A stretch of DNA of 64,000 nucleotides from an uncultured Oscillospiraceae bacterium (GCA_964418245.1 CAYQKW010000003.1:2977-66976), one strand, 5' to 3'; positions 16,722 to 25,969 are shown, counted from the first letter of the stretch. The notes: generated from the sequence alone by a model not told the origin. Numbers and translations are program-made.

Positions 16722-19610
16722 TTATTTTTTCGGGAATGTATCTGCTGCCGCTACGGGTTTAATTGCATTTATTCCGTCCCAGAACAGAACTTTAACTTCC
16801 GGATTTGTTATTTCGGACGGAACGGATATTTGTGCCGTTATTTTTCCGTTTTCCGAATTATATGTGCCTTTTGTTACAGATACAAGTTTGTTTCCGCTGT
16901 AAAGCACTGCCGCTACGGCTTCAGGTGCAGATTTTATTTCCGCATTCACATCAACGGATATGTTGAGTATTTCGCCGAGTGCAAGCGCAGTTGCCGTTTC
17001 TCCGTTTTTGTCCGTATATTTCGGAGCTGAAATATAATCGTTGATTTTATATGATTTCATATAATCCATATACATTATGTGCGATTTTGTTTCAGTGAGT
17101 TCCGCATCAGTTTTACCCTCAACATAATATCTTGTTGTATTGCTGCCGCTTGCGGTTGAACGGAATCCGTTTGCTATATCGTATTTTGTTCCGTCTATTG
17201 TGATTGTGAGATATTTTTTGTTATCGTTATCAACCACAACTTCAAATGTATGCCATTCACCGAATGCTAAATCTTCAACAATATTACTCTCGCCATCGTA
17301 AAGAGATACTGCAAGCGTATCTTCACCGTTTTCCTCCGATGCGGTTTTGGCTTTAAGATCTATAATATTTGCCAAGCAATAGCTTGATGCTCCGTCATTT
17401 TCCGGTATCATAACTTTTGTTTCTATCGCTACCGTACCCGTGCCGTCGCCCGCATATATTTCAAATCCGCCGTTTGCACCTTTCGTTCCCGTATAAGCTG
17501 TGAGTTTAACCGCTTTTGTTCCATCTGACAGCGTAACCGCTTCACGCTTACCGTCGTGGAATTTGTTTCCTGCTTTTACATCAAATTCATAATCATAGAT
17601 AAGGTCTTGCATTGTATATTTGCTTGTACCTGCGAAAGCATATGCTTCTTTTTCAATTGTGTAAGCTTTGTAATAGTCAAGCCAAAACTCAATATTGTCT
17701 TTATTATTTTCAATATATACGGTATTTGCGTTTCTGTTCTTATTTGCCGATGTCCATACAATATTATTCTGTTCAAGATTAATTTCGCTGTCACCTACCG
17801 CAAGCTTAACCGCTTTTAAATTACCGTCTTCCTCAAATGTGCTGCGGTCAAGAACAAGTGATACATCATACCAAACGTTTCTGTCTATTCCTGTATTATA
17901 AGCACCCGTATCAGACTGAAGTCTGAGTATTGCTTCATCGCCGTTTCCGACAACTCTTACCATAGCACCGAAAAGACATATATTTTTCGCATCTGTATTT
18001 CCGAATTTTAATCCTGTTTCAAGAACAACGTAATCTTCTTTCATATCGGCAAATTTAATATCATCGTAAAATCCGATGTTGGAATATGAGTTATCTGCTT
18101 CTTTTGCATTGTTTGAATTGAAATACACAACTCCTTTGCCGTTTTCTGTCGTCATAACCGGAAGTATACCTTGTGCACCTGTACTTAAATCGCCTTTATA
18201 ATCAAAATCTCTGTTCACAATCATATTTACCGGAGTATATTTTGTTGTGGTTTTAAGATATGTTGCATCATCTTCAACTTCTTTTGAATCGGCAATATAT
18301 GTTTTGTAATAGTCCATATATACTATATCTGCTGTTGTTGCCGTATTATTTTTATCAGTTGAATTTATCCACATTCTGTTATGAGCATTTCCGAAACTTA
18401 TATCGTTGTTATTACTCGGTTTATATTTTTCACCGTCTATATACATGAGATACGGTTTCATACCCGTAATTGAATTATTGGCATCTGCTGTTGCATTTTC
18501 GATATTCACAACATAAACAACATTGTGATATGTTTTTGCTTCAAGTGCAACGTTTCCAAATCCCGGCACTTTAAGCGATTCGCCGTTAAAGCTAAAGTCA
18601 TTGCTATTCCATATACGCAAATAGTTTTTCAATTTTGCATCTGACTTCACCGCAAACTCAAGAACAAGGAATTTATTTTTACCGTCAATATAGTTTGAAA
18701 TGTGTGAAGCATGAAATCCCGGATTTTGGTAAGTTTTTCCATCAACAGTTTTAACTTCTGTATTGAAAATTGCTTCATCATTTTCAAAAGTTACAAGTCC
18801 CTGCCATGCTTCTGTAGGTCTGTTGCCCTCGGAGAAATCCAAATTATCAATATATTTACTTACAAGATATGTTTCTCTGTCCGTAATAAGTTCAGTTACT
18901 GCTGCTTCCGTTGTTGTATATGTTTTATAATAATCCATATAAACAATACCGTCTTGAGTGAACACATTGTTTACCTTATAAGGTTCAATATAGTTTCTTC
19001 TGCTTTCAACCGATATGACGTCGGTTTTTGTCGGAATATATCTTTTACCGTTCACAACAAGTGCTGTAGGTTTGATGTTCGATACTTTTTTTACAGTATC
19101 GTTATCGTTGTATGTAAGTTCTTTTGCACTCATATCCATTACAAGTGTAATTTTGTTCCATACATTTGCGGCGAGTGTTATTTTTTCAAATCCCGGTACA
19201 GTAACGGATGTGCCATCATATTTTATTTGATTTCCGTCAAGAATACGCATGGTTTTTTCTGTTTTTTTATCAGCTTTTATGCGCAAATCGAAAACCATGT
19301 ATTTATCCGATACATTTTCCCAAGATGAAGATTGAAATCCAACGTTTGTTTCTTTTGTATACGCATCGAATTTTGCCGCCGTAACGCCGTCCTCGGTTAC
19401 GAGATCGGGCAGTGTCAGAAATGCAGTTTTGGGAGAGCTTTCCGCATCATCAAAATCCCAGTTATCGATATAATTCACAACCGTCATTCCGGAACTTGAT
19501 GTGCCGGCAGAGCCGCCTCCTCCCGATGATGTGTTTTCTGCCGCAGAAACAGAAATAATACTGCCTGCAAGCATTGCCAGAGTAAGTGCCAATGATAATA
19601 ATTTTTTCAT
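16722..19610 (-). CDS. secreted non-catalytic protein made of four tandem jelly-roll-like repeats + shared C-terminal module
   Basis: Signal peptide plus Gly/Ser stretch (SAAENTSSGGGGSAGTSSSG). Repeats at aa 43-232, 248-439, 457-651 and 664-856, each ending in (V/F/M)(Y/W)(M/L)DY(Y/M)K(T/A/S)Y. C-terminal AAVLYSGNKLVSV...VKVLFWDG. No catalytic motif recognised. Confidence 0.75.
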   Translation of the reverse strand: MKKLLSLALTLAMLAGSIISVSAAENTSSGGGGSAGTSSSGMTVVNYIDNWDFDDAESSPKTAFLTLPDLVTEDGVTAAKFDAYTKETNVGFQSSSWENVSDKYMVFDLRIKADKKTEKTMRILDGNQIKYDGTSVTVPGFEKITLAANVWNKITLVMDMSAKELTYNDNDTVKKVSNIKPTALVVNGKRYIPTKTDVISVESRRNYIEPYKVNNVFTQDGIVYMDYYKTYTTTEAAVTELITDRETYLVSKYIDNLDFSEGNRPTEAWQGLVTFENDEAIFNTEVKTVDGKTYQNPGFHASHISNYIDGKNKFLVLEFAVKSDAKLKNYLRIWNSNDFSFNGESLKVPGFGNVALEAKTYHNVVYVVNIENATADANNSITGMKPYLMYIDGEKYKPSNNNDISFGNAHNRMWINSTDKNNTATTADIVYMDYYKTYIADSKEVEDDATYLKTTTKYTPVNMIVNRDFDYKGDLSTGAQGILPVMTTENGKGVVYFNSNNAKEADNSYSNIGFYDDIKFADMKEDYVVLETGLKFGNTDAKNICLFGAMVRVVGNGDEAILRLQSDTGAYNTGIDRNVWYDVSLVLDRSTFEEDGNLKAVKLAVGDSEINLEQNNIVWTSANKNRNANTVYIENNKDNIEFWLDYYKAYTIEKEAYAFAGTSKYTMQDLIYDYEFDVKAGNKFHDGKREAVTLSDGTKAVKLTAYTGTKGANGGFEIYAGDGTGTVAIETKVMIPENDGASSYCLANIIDLKAKTASEENGEDTLAVSLYDGESNIVEDLAFGEWHTFEVVVDNDNKKYLTITIDGTKYDIANGFRSTASGSNTTRYYVEGKTDAELTETKSHIMYMDYMKSYKINDYISAPKYTDKNGETATALALGEILNISVDVNAEIKSAPEAVAAVLYSGNKLVSVTKGTYNSENGKITAQISVPSEITNPEVKVLFWDGINAIKPVAAADTFPKK

Positions 19611-19645
19611 TTTTGGTTTCCCTCTTTCTTTTTATATTTTTTCAA

Positions 19646-19664
19646 CAAGGGGCAAAGCCCCTTG
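19646..19664 (-). other. intercistronic GC hairpin without U-tract
   Basis: CAAGGGGC-AAA-GCCCCTTG (8-bp stem) between the 905-aa gene stop (19674) and the 962-aa gene start (19610). No T-run follows on the transcribed strand. Confidence 0.5.
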
Positions 19665-19673
19665 ATTATAACT

Positions 19674-22391
19674 TTATCTGTAGATTACGCAGCCGTATCT
19701 TGCATCGCCGTAATTACGGAACGATGTGAGATATATTTTATCGCCTATGCGTATATCTTTAACATTAGCCTCTGTAAGTTTTGTTTTGCCGTTTTCACAA
19801 ATAAGTACGCTTCCGTCCGTTCTTGTGATATGGTTTGTTCTGTATTTAATTGTCCATTTATCCATGCCGTCTTTGGCAACGCTGTCCAAATCTCTCATTG
19901 TTATTTCAACAACATAAGAAGATGCATCCTGCATAACAACCGCCGATACTTCACCCATCATTGCAAAACGCTGATATATAACAAGGTCGGAAGTGTTATC
20001 TCGGCAGTTTATGGCGTGTCCTGTTACAGAACTGTTATAGAACGTTGTGAAACCATTATAACATTCAACCGGGTCAAACTGATTCATTTTTCCGTCTTTC
20101 ACAGATGCATAAAAATATTTTATCTGGTTGAGTGTATCCGGCCAAGCAAAAATTACGTCACCGCGTTTTAGCGTTTTTGCCTGTTCTTCAACCTCTTCCG
20201 TAAACGTGTATGTATACGGTAATTTATTCACATATCCGTCCACTGCGACCAATATTTCGCCGTCTGCTCCGAGTGTTTCGTACACTCTGTTCACAACAAT
20301 TGCAGACATTCTTGTGCAGTCGTATGTAACGGGCGAACCCATATCCAGTATTACGGTTGCGGTACCATTTGCCTTAATATCATACAGCCAAAGTGTTCTT
20401 TCGTCAGCAGTGAGAACAGCCGTACTTCCGGGCCGCACCTCGTACATGGCTTTTTTATCCAAATTATCTTTTGTCGGAACCGTCATATACGTTCCTTTAT
20501 TTATGGCATACAAACCACTCAATTCATCCGGAAGTGAACCGCTTCCGAGTGCCATTATATGATGATGATTTGAGATTAACGACTTTGAATTTTTCCAGTT
20601 TACGGAAAAATAATCATTGCCGATGTTACCGATTTCCTCTGCCGCAAGTTCAATTTTCACGATTTTATTATCATCGTTTGTGTGATAAATAATCAACTGA
20701 TTAATTGTTTCTCCGTTTGTTGTAAGCATATTATATGCTTCCGACGGTGAAAACCTTGACGACTGAAAACCTTGTTTAATCGTTATTTTATCGGTTGATT
20801 CAAGTGTTATAAACTTGCCGTCTATTGTATAAAGTTCCGTAATAAGGCTTCCGTCCAGTTTGTTGGTATCAAGTCTTGCTTTTCTTAAAAACGCATAATC
20901 GGCGTTTACGTTTGTAATTTCAAAATCCGCCGTGTTTCCGAACGCATCCATATAAAAAACATATTTCTGACCGAGCGTAAGGTCTTGCATTTTTGGTTTT
21001 GCATAAGGATTGAGCCTTAGCGTTTCCGTTTCGGTTGAAAAGTATTCGTCGTCGATTTTACTGCTTGCCGTTTCGGTTTTGGCAATATCCGAAAAATATA
21101 TTTTCATTGCCGAACCGTCTTTCGATTCTGCCGCAGCAATCACGCTGTTTGCCGTGAAATATTCATACATTTGTTCTTTATCCGCAATATCAATCGGTGT
21201 ATTCTCTACAAAAAACGTAAGTGCCGACAAATCGCAGTTCTGTGTGCTGACGGATTCCGAAGCGTCATCACTGTAAATAATCTCGTCCTCAGGAATCGCT
21301 CTGCCGATGCGCATTGTTTTGTAATCATTCACAATTGCCGCATCATATTTCCCGTCGGAATTATTATCCACAAATGTTGTATCGCCGTATTTCGGCATCA
21401 TATCGGCAACCGTTGCTTCAAAATAATATACGCCGTTATAAATTACACTTACATTATCGGCAAGCGAAACCTTTTTCTCTTTATCGTTTTCGGTATAATA
21501 AACCGTTGACATTGTTGACTGTGTACGTTCAAAATCATCATAGGTTATTGTCACTGAGTCTGTTTTTTTGGGCAATGCAAAAACAAGTTCAAAATCCCCA
21601 CCCGAATTTTCGTAAGCATAATATTCAACATTATATCCCAAGAGGTCGCGCTGTGACATATTCGTTACGATAAACTTTTCGCCGTTTATTTCAAGAGCTG
21701 ATTTGCCTGCGGACTTTGTTGTTTTTATGCCTGTTCTGCTGTTTGCCGTGACAATACCTTCGCCGAATTCGATATTATGATATTGTGCCAGCAATGTTTT
21801 ATCTTTTTTTAATTCATACTCCGACCCAAAAATCTTGTATGTTGCCGTTTGTGTGCGCATTGTATTATAAATCAGCTTTGCGAGCGTTCCTTTTGTCATA
21901 TAACTGCCGCTGACCCCCGAAGATATACCGAGTTCCGATGCCGTCAGTGCGTATCCCACCGGATAACCGCCGTTTGCTTTCGCTTTATCTTTATATCCGA
22001 GTGCGGTTACAAACACTTTATATGCATCGTTTGTCGCAATAAAATCCTCAGGTTCAAACTTGCCGACCGCATTGCCGGACATGAGCCCCATTGAGCAGAC
22101 AGCCGAAATATAACCGTAATGCTCGCTGTTTTTATCGACATCGCCGAATGCAAGCTCTTCTGTTCGCGGTTCTGCATTCAAAAGTTTGCAAACGATTTTC
22201 GCAAATTCGGCACGGGTTACCTTGTTATCCGGATTAAATGAACCGTTTTTTCCGTTTTCCATAAATCCAAGACCGACAACAACCTCTGCTTTATCGAACA
22301 TAATTTCTTTCGCCGCGACTTTCGGAACGGCAATTGCCGCCGAAAACAGGCATATTGAAATCAACATTCCCATTATTTTTTTAAATTTCAT
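19674..22391 (-). CDS. secreted surface protein: three N-terminal SLH repeats + ~700-aa beta-rich region of unknown function, C-terminus ...GCVIYR
   Basis: Signal peptide MKFKKIMGMLISICLFSAAIAVPKVAA. SLH signatures (KVTRAEFAKIVCKLL; FGDVDKNSEHYGYISAVCSMGLMSGNAVGKFEP; TKGTLAKLIYNTM). Paralogous in architecture and C-terminal VIYR to the 876-aa protein at 44626-47256. Confidence 0.75.
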   Translation of the reverse strand: MKFKKIMGMLISICLFSAAIAVPKVAAKEIMFDKAEVVVGLGFMENGKNGSFNPDNKVTRAEFAKIVCKLLNAEPRTEELAFGDVDKNSEHYGYISAVCSMGLMSGNAVGKFEPEDFIATNDAYKVFVTALGYKDKAKANGGYPVGYALTASELGISSGVSGSYMTKGTLAKLIYNTMRTQTATYKIFGSEYELKKDKTLLAQYHNIEFGEGIVTANSRTGIKTTKSAGKSALEINGEKFIVTNMSQRDLLGYNVEYYAYENSGGDFELVFALPKKTDSVTITYDDFERTQSTMSTVYYTENDKEKKVSLADNVSVIYNGVYYFEATVADMMPKYGDTTFVDNNSDGKYDAAIVNDYKTMRIGRAIPEDEIIYSDDASESVSTQNCDLSALTFFVENTPIDIADKEQMYEYFTANSVIAAAESKDGSAMKIYFSDIAKTETASSKIDDEYFSTETETLRLNPYAKPKMQDLTLGQKYVFYMDAFGNTADFEITNVNADYAFLRKARLDTNKLDGSLITELYTIDGKFITLESTDKITIKQGFQSSRFSPSEAYNMLTTNGETINQLIIYHTNDDNKIVKIELAAEEIGNIGNDYFSVNWKNSKSLISNHHHIMALGSGSLPDELSGLYAINKGTYMTVPTKDNLDKKAMYEVRPGSTAVLTADERTLWLYDIKANGTATVILDMGSPVTYDCTRMSAIVVNRVYETLGADGEILVAVDGYVNKLPYTYTFTEEVEEQAKTLKRGDVIFAWPDTLNQIKYFYASVKDGKMNQFDPVECYNGFTTFYNSSVTGHAINCRDNTSDLVIYQRFAMMGEVSAVVMQDASSYVVEITMRDLDSVAKDGMDKWTIKYRTNHITRTDGSVLICENGKTKLTEANVKDIRIGDKIYLTSFRNYGDARYGCVIYR

Positions 22392-22394
22392 TTG

Positions 22395-24302
22395 CTACCC
22401 CTCACTTTTGGTTAAATCAAAAAACTGTGCCGCAACTTTGCATATTGCCGCTCTGCTGCATACGGATTTTGGCATAAACATATTTTCTCCCACTCCGTTT
22501 ACAATGCTTTTTTCCCACAAATACGCAACCGACGATACAGCATAATCACTTATGAGATTGCTGTCCGCAAACTCCGGGGTTCCAAACGGAATATCAATTT
22601 TTTCCGTATATTGTTTTGCTCTGCACATAAGCACACACATATCCTCGCGTGTGAGAAATCCATCCGGATTAAATTCCGTTTCGCTCACACCGTTTATGAT
22701 TCCTGCCGAATACAGTCTGTTTACATAATCCGCATACCAGCTGTTGCTGTTTATATCATCAAATTTAATACGATATTCGCATTGCGGTATTTTTATTATA
22801 TTTACAAGAATTTTTGAAAATTCCGCACGTGTTACGGGGTCGTTCGGGCGGAATTTACCGCCATCTCCGTTCACTATATCTTTTTCTGCAAGTGCATTGA
22901 TATATATTTCCGCCCACGGAGCTTCATTAATATCATCGAACTTCAATGTTGTTGTTTCTTGCTTTGTGTTCGGAGCAATATATGCCGTGCCGCCGCCCAA
23001 ACTTGTGCTGTTTCCATTGCTTCCGCCGCCCGAACCGCCGCCCGAACCGCCGCCCGAACCGCCGCCGATAGTGCCGGTATTGGTTACATCCGCAATTTCT
23101 TTTGCAAGTTTTGCGGATATATCTGCGGTTGACGAATAGGTATTGACTGCCGCCATTCTTGACAAAACATCGTTTTTCTGCGAATCCGTAAGTTTTTCAT
23201 CAAGTTTTTTAAGGCTTTCTTCAATATTTAAAATTTCAACTTTTCCGACTTTATCAAAATATTTTAAAATATCATATACATTTGCATTTTTACTTTCGTT
23301 CATTGCCGTCACGGCAACCGCGTCGTAAAAGTTTTTATACAACTTGTCCGAAGTCTGCGGATTTACTTTTGCTATATAGTTCATTACGGCATCCTTGCCC
23401 GAAAGCCCGTTATAATATCCGTCTTCCGACGTATCTATTCCGAGTGCCGTTGCATAATTCGGAGCCGTGCTTTCCAAAAAAGCTTTTTTATCCGCTGTTT
23501 TAAGATACATAACCATTGCCGTTTCGCGGTCTATTCCCTTTTCAATATCGTCAAATACCGCATTTTCAAGCAACACAAGGTTTTTGTGCATATTAATCAT
23601 TACAGTTTTCTGTTCTTCTGCGGAGAGTGCATCATACGTATCGGCAAGAGAAAAATTGATTATAATTTTATAATCATTATAAAAGCCTACCAAGTCTTCT
23701 CCGAGTGTATCGCCTTTTGCGTCAAGTACCGCCTCAACATAGTTGTCTGCATTGCGATATACAAATTCGCCCGAATTAACCGTTTCTCCGGTTGCTGCAA
23801 AATACACATATTCCCCGTCCGAAAAATCTTTCAAATCAACGGTAAACTCGGTTTTATCCGCAATTTTTTCCGCACGAACGGCAACGGCATCGGCAACATC
23901 ATACAACTTGAAATCTGTTCCTTTTGCGTTGTCCTTTTTATAAACCGAAAGTGAGGCATATGCATTTTCGCCGTTCGGTTTTACGGATACCGTCAAGGTT
24001 TTTTCGGAATAGCTTACAGCATGGGTTGTTTCTTCAAGTGTTGACGGATTTTTTGTTACAAGAATATATAAATTGCATTCTTCGCCGCCGTTTAAGTTCC
24101 CTTTAACACGAATCACACCTTCGCTATCCGTGTTCACGCTTTTCTTATCCCAATCAACAGAGTGGATACCGCCGTTGTATTCCACCGTCGGCGGCAAGAT
24201 TAAATTTTCTCCCACTCTTATGTTTTTCGTTATATCAAAAGCATTTACGGAAAGTGATGTCATCAGCAGCAAGCTTGCGGCAATTGCTGTTTTTATTTTC
24301 AT
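22395..24302 (-). CDS. secreted surface protein: beta-sandwich N-terminus + helical region + (GGGS)n linker + three C-terminal SLH repeats
   Basis: Signal peptide MKIKTAIAASLLLMTSLSVNA. Linker GGGSGGGSGGGSGGGSNGNS. SLH repeats FDDINEAPWAEIYINALAEKDIVNGDG, FDDINSNSWYADYVNRLYSAGIINGVS and FADSNLISDYAVSSVAYLWEKSIVNGVG. Confidence 0.75.
   Translation of the reverse strand: MKIKTAIAASLLLMTSLSVNAFDITKNIRVGENLILPPTVEYNGGIHSVDWDKKSVNTDSEGVIRVKGNLNGGEECNLYILVTKNPSTLEETTHAVSYSEKTLTVSVKPNGENAYASLSVYKKDNAKGTDFKLYDVADAVAVRAEKIADKTEFTVDLKDFSDGEYVYFAATGETVNSGEFVYRNADNYVEAVLDAKGDTLGEDLVGFYNDYKIIINFSLADTYDALSAEEQKTVMINMHKNLVLLENAVFDDIEKGIDRETAMVMYLKTADKKAFLESTAPNYATALGIDTSEDGYYNGLSGKDAVMNYIAKVNPQTSDKLYKNFYDAVAVTAMNESKNANVYDILKYFDKVGKVEILNIEESLKKLDEKLTDSQKNDVLSRMAAVNTYSSTADISAKLAKEIADVTNTGTIGGGSGGGSGGGSGGGSNGNSTSLGGGTAYIAPNTKQETTTLKFDDINEAPWAEIYINALAEKDIVNGDGGKFRPNDPVTRAEFSKILVNIIKIPQCEYRIKFDDINSNSWYADYVNRLYSAGIINGVSETEFNPDGFLTREDMCVLMCRAKQYTEKIDIPFGTPEFADSNLISDYAVSSVAYLWEKSIVNGVGENMFMPKSVCSRAAICKVAAQFFDLTKSEG
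23023..23067. repeat. perfect 12-bp tandem repeat (3 full units + partial) encoding the Gly/Ser linker
   Basis: CCGCCGCCCGAA occurs three times (23023-23058), then CCGCCGCCG. In frame within the 635-aa gene. Confidence 0.9.
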
Positions 24303-24314
24303 TCCCGATTCTCC

Positions 24315-25931
24315 TTATTTTACCATATTGTCGTTATACATTTTAAGCAATTTTTTCATATCGCAAATATCCGAAATACCGTCTATAAATTTGTCAAACT
24401 CATCAAAACTTTTTGCACCTGTTATAAAATTTGTTGTGTTTTCTTCAACATAAGTTTCAAGCGGCACAAGCAGCATTGTTCTTTCTTCCCTTTGTTCTGC
24501 CGTAAGTTTAACGGGCTGAGGAAGCAGATTCGGATTTCTTATATCGCCGTCTTTAAAGGTTTCGATGTGGTTCAGGTCTTTTGTTTCGTATCCGTTTTGC
24601 GTTGACCAGTAACTTACCGGAATAACCGGGAATGTCGGCGACTTTGTAGGTATACACTGAATGCCCGAACGAATTGAAAGCGAGCTGTTTACACCGTATT
24701 TGGCAAGTTCCGTCATGCAGTTTTCGGCTTCCATGATGCTCTTTACAAACACATTATTGCCCTCGGCATCTTTTTCGTATGTAACACCCTCAACACCCCA
24801 TGCGGCAAGTTCTATCATTTCGTCCGAATACATATAATCAAGCAGTTTCACAAGTTTATCTTTGTTTTTTGCTTTTTCGGAAATAACCATCATTGTGTCG
24901 ATTGAAAGTTCATATCCTTCTTCGTTCACTCTGCTCCACGGTTTTTCGCCTTTTGAGCTGAGCGGACGGTCTACTATACCCCAATCCGCACCGGGCGAGT
25001 TCGGGTTATTATTCATTTCTCTGTTTTGTATTCTTGTACCGGAGAAAGGCAATGCTATAAAGCTTTTTCCGCTTAACAATTTTTCCATCATCATATCATC
25101 TGTCTGCACGATATATTCGTTATCGAGCAATTTTTCTTTATACAGCTTGTTCAAAAATTGCAGTGATGATTTATATGCTTCTTTATCTTCGAGCGGACCG
25201 TATACATATTTGCTTCCGTTATAATAAACTTCGGGTTCGGTATGATTTATTTCACACACGGTTTTAAGAAGCATTGACGATGAAAGCGCATTTATCGGAT
25301 ATGAATCCGGATAGAGCTGTTTGAGTTGTTTTGCAACATCATAATATTCATCAAGTGTTGACGGCGGAGTTATGTTATGTTTCTTTAAAATATCGAATCT
25401 CATTGCAATTGACCCGTATCCGTCCACATCGGTACCGTTTTTATATCCGGCTGACGGGAAACAATATATTGCACCATCTGCATTCTGTATTCTTTGTTTA
25501 CCGTAATTTTGGTCAAGATATTTGGGGAAATATTTAAGGTCATCCTTATAATCCATAATATTAACGATTTTGCCTTCTTCACCCAAGTTATTAACCCAAT
25601 CTATGGCGTCCAGTCCAAGACCCGTTACCATGAACACGTCATCATATTTGTTGCCGGCAAGATAAACCGACATTTTTTGCGCATAGTCATTGATTGCAAG
25701 TTCTTTCCATGTTATATCCAAGTCCATACCCATATATTCTTCTGCCATTTGTTCCCATTTTTCCTGTACCTGCGTACCGAGCGGAGAATCTGAATATGTC
25801 ATATTATATACGCTGAATTTAAGCGTATTTCCGTTTTGGGAATCCGCGTCGTTTTTTCCTCCTCCGCATCCCGTCAGCATTGTTGCCGCACAAACCATTG
25901 CGGTAACCGATTTAACCGTTTTTAATTTCAT
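24315..25931 (-). CDS. ABC transporter extracellular solute-binding lipoprotein (large LplA-type, carbohydrate)
   Basis: Lipobox AATMLTGCGGG after the signal peptide. 538 aa. Sits immediately downstream of two sugar-type permeases. Confidence 0.85.
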   Translation of the reverse strand: MKLKTVKSVTAMVCAATMLTGCGGGKNDADSQNGNTLKFSVYNMTYSDSPLGTQVQEKWEQMAEEYMGMDLDITWKELAINDYAQKMSVYLAGNKYDDVFMVTGLGLDAIDWVNNLGEEGKIVNIMDYKDDLKYFPKYLDQNYGKQRIQNADGAIYCFPSAGYKNGTDVDGYGSIAMRFDILKKHNITPPSTLDEYYDVAKQLKQLYPDSYPINALSSSMLLKTVCEINHTEPEVYYNGSKYVYGPLEDKEAYKSSLQFLNKLYKEKLLDNEYIVQTDDMMMEKLLSGKSFIALPFSGTRIQNREMNNNPNSPGADWGIVDRPLSSKGEKPWSRVNEEGYELSIDTMMVISEKAKNKDKLVKLLDYMYSDEMIELAAWGVEGVTYEKDAEGNNVFVKSIMEAENCMTELAKYGVNSSLSIRSGIQCIPTKSPTFPVIPVSYWSTQNGYETKDLNHIETFKDGDIRNPNLLPQPVKLTAEQREERTMLLVPLETYVEENTTNFITGAKSFDEFDKFIDGISDICDMKKLLKMYNDNMVK

Positions 25932-25969
25932 TGTTTTTCGTCCTTTCTTTATTTTAAATATAATTTATG

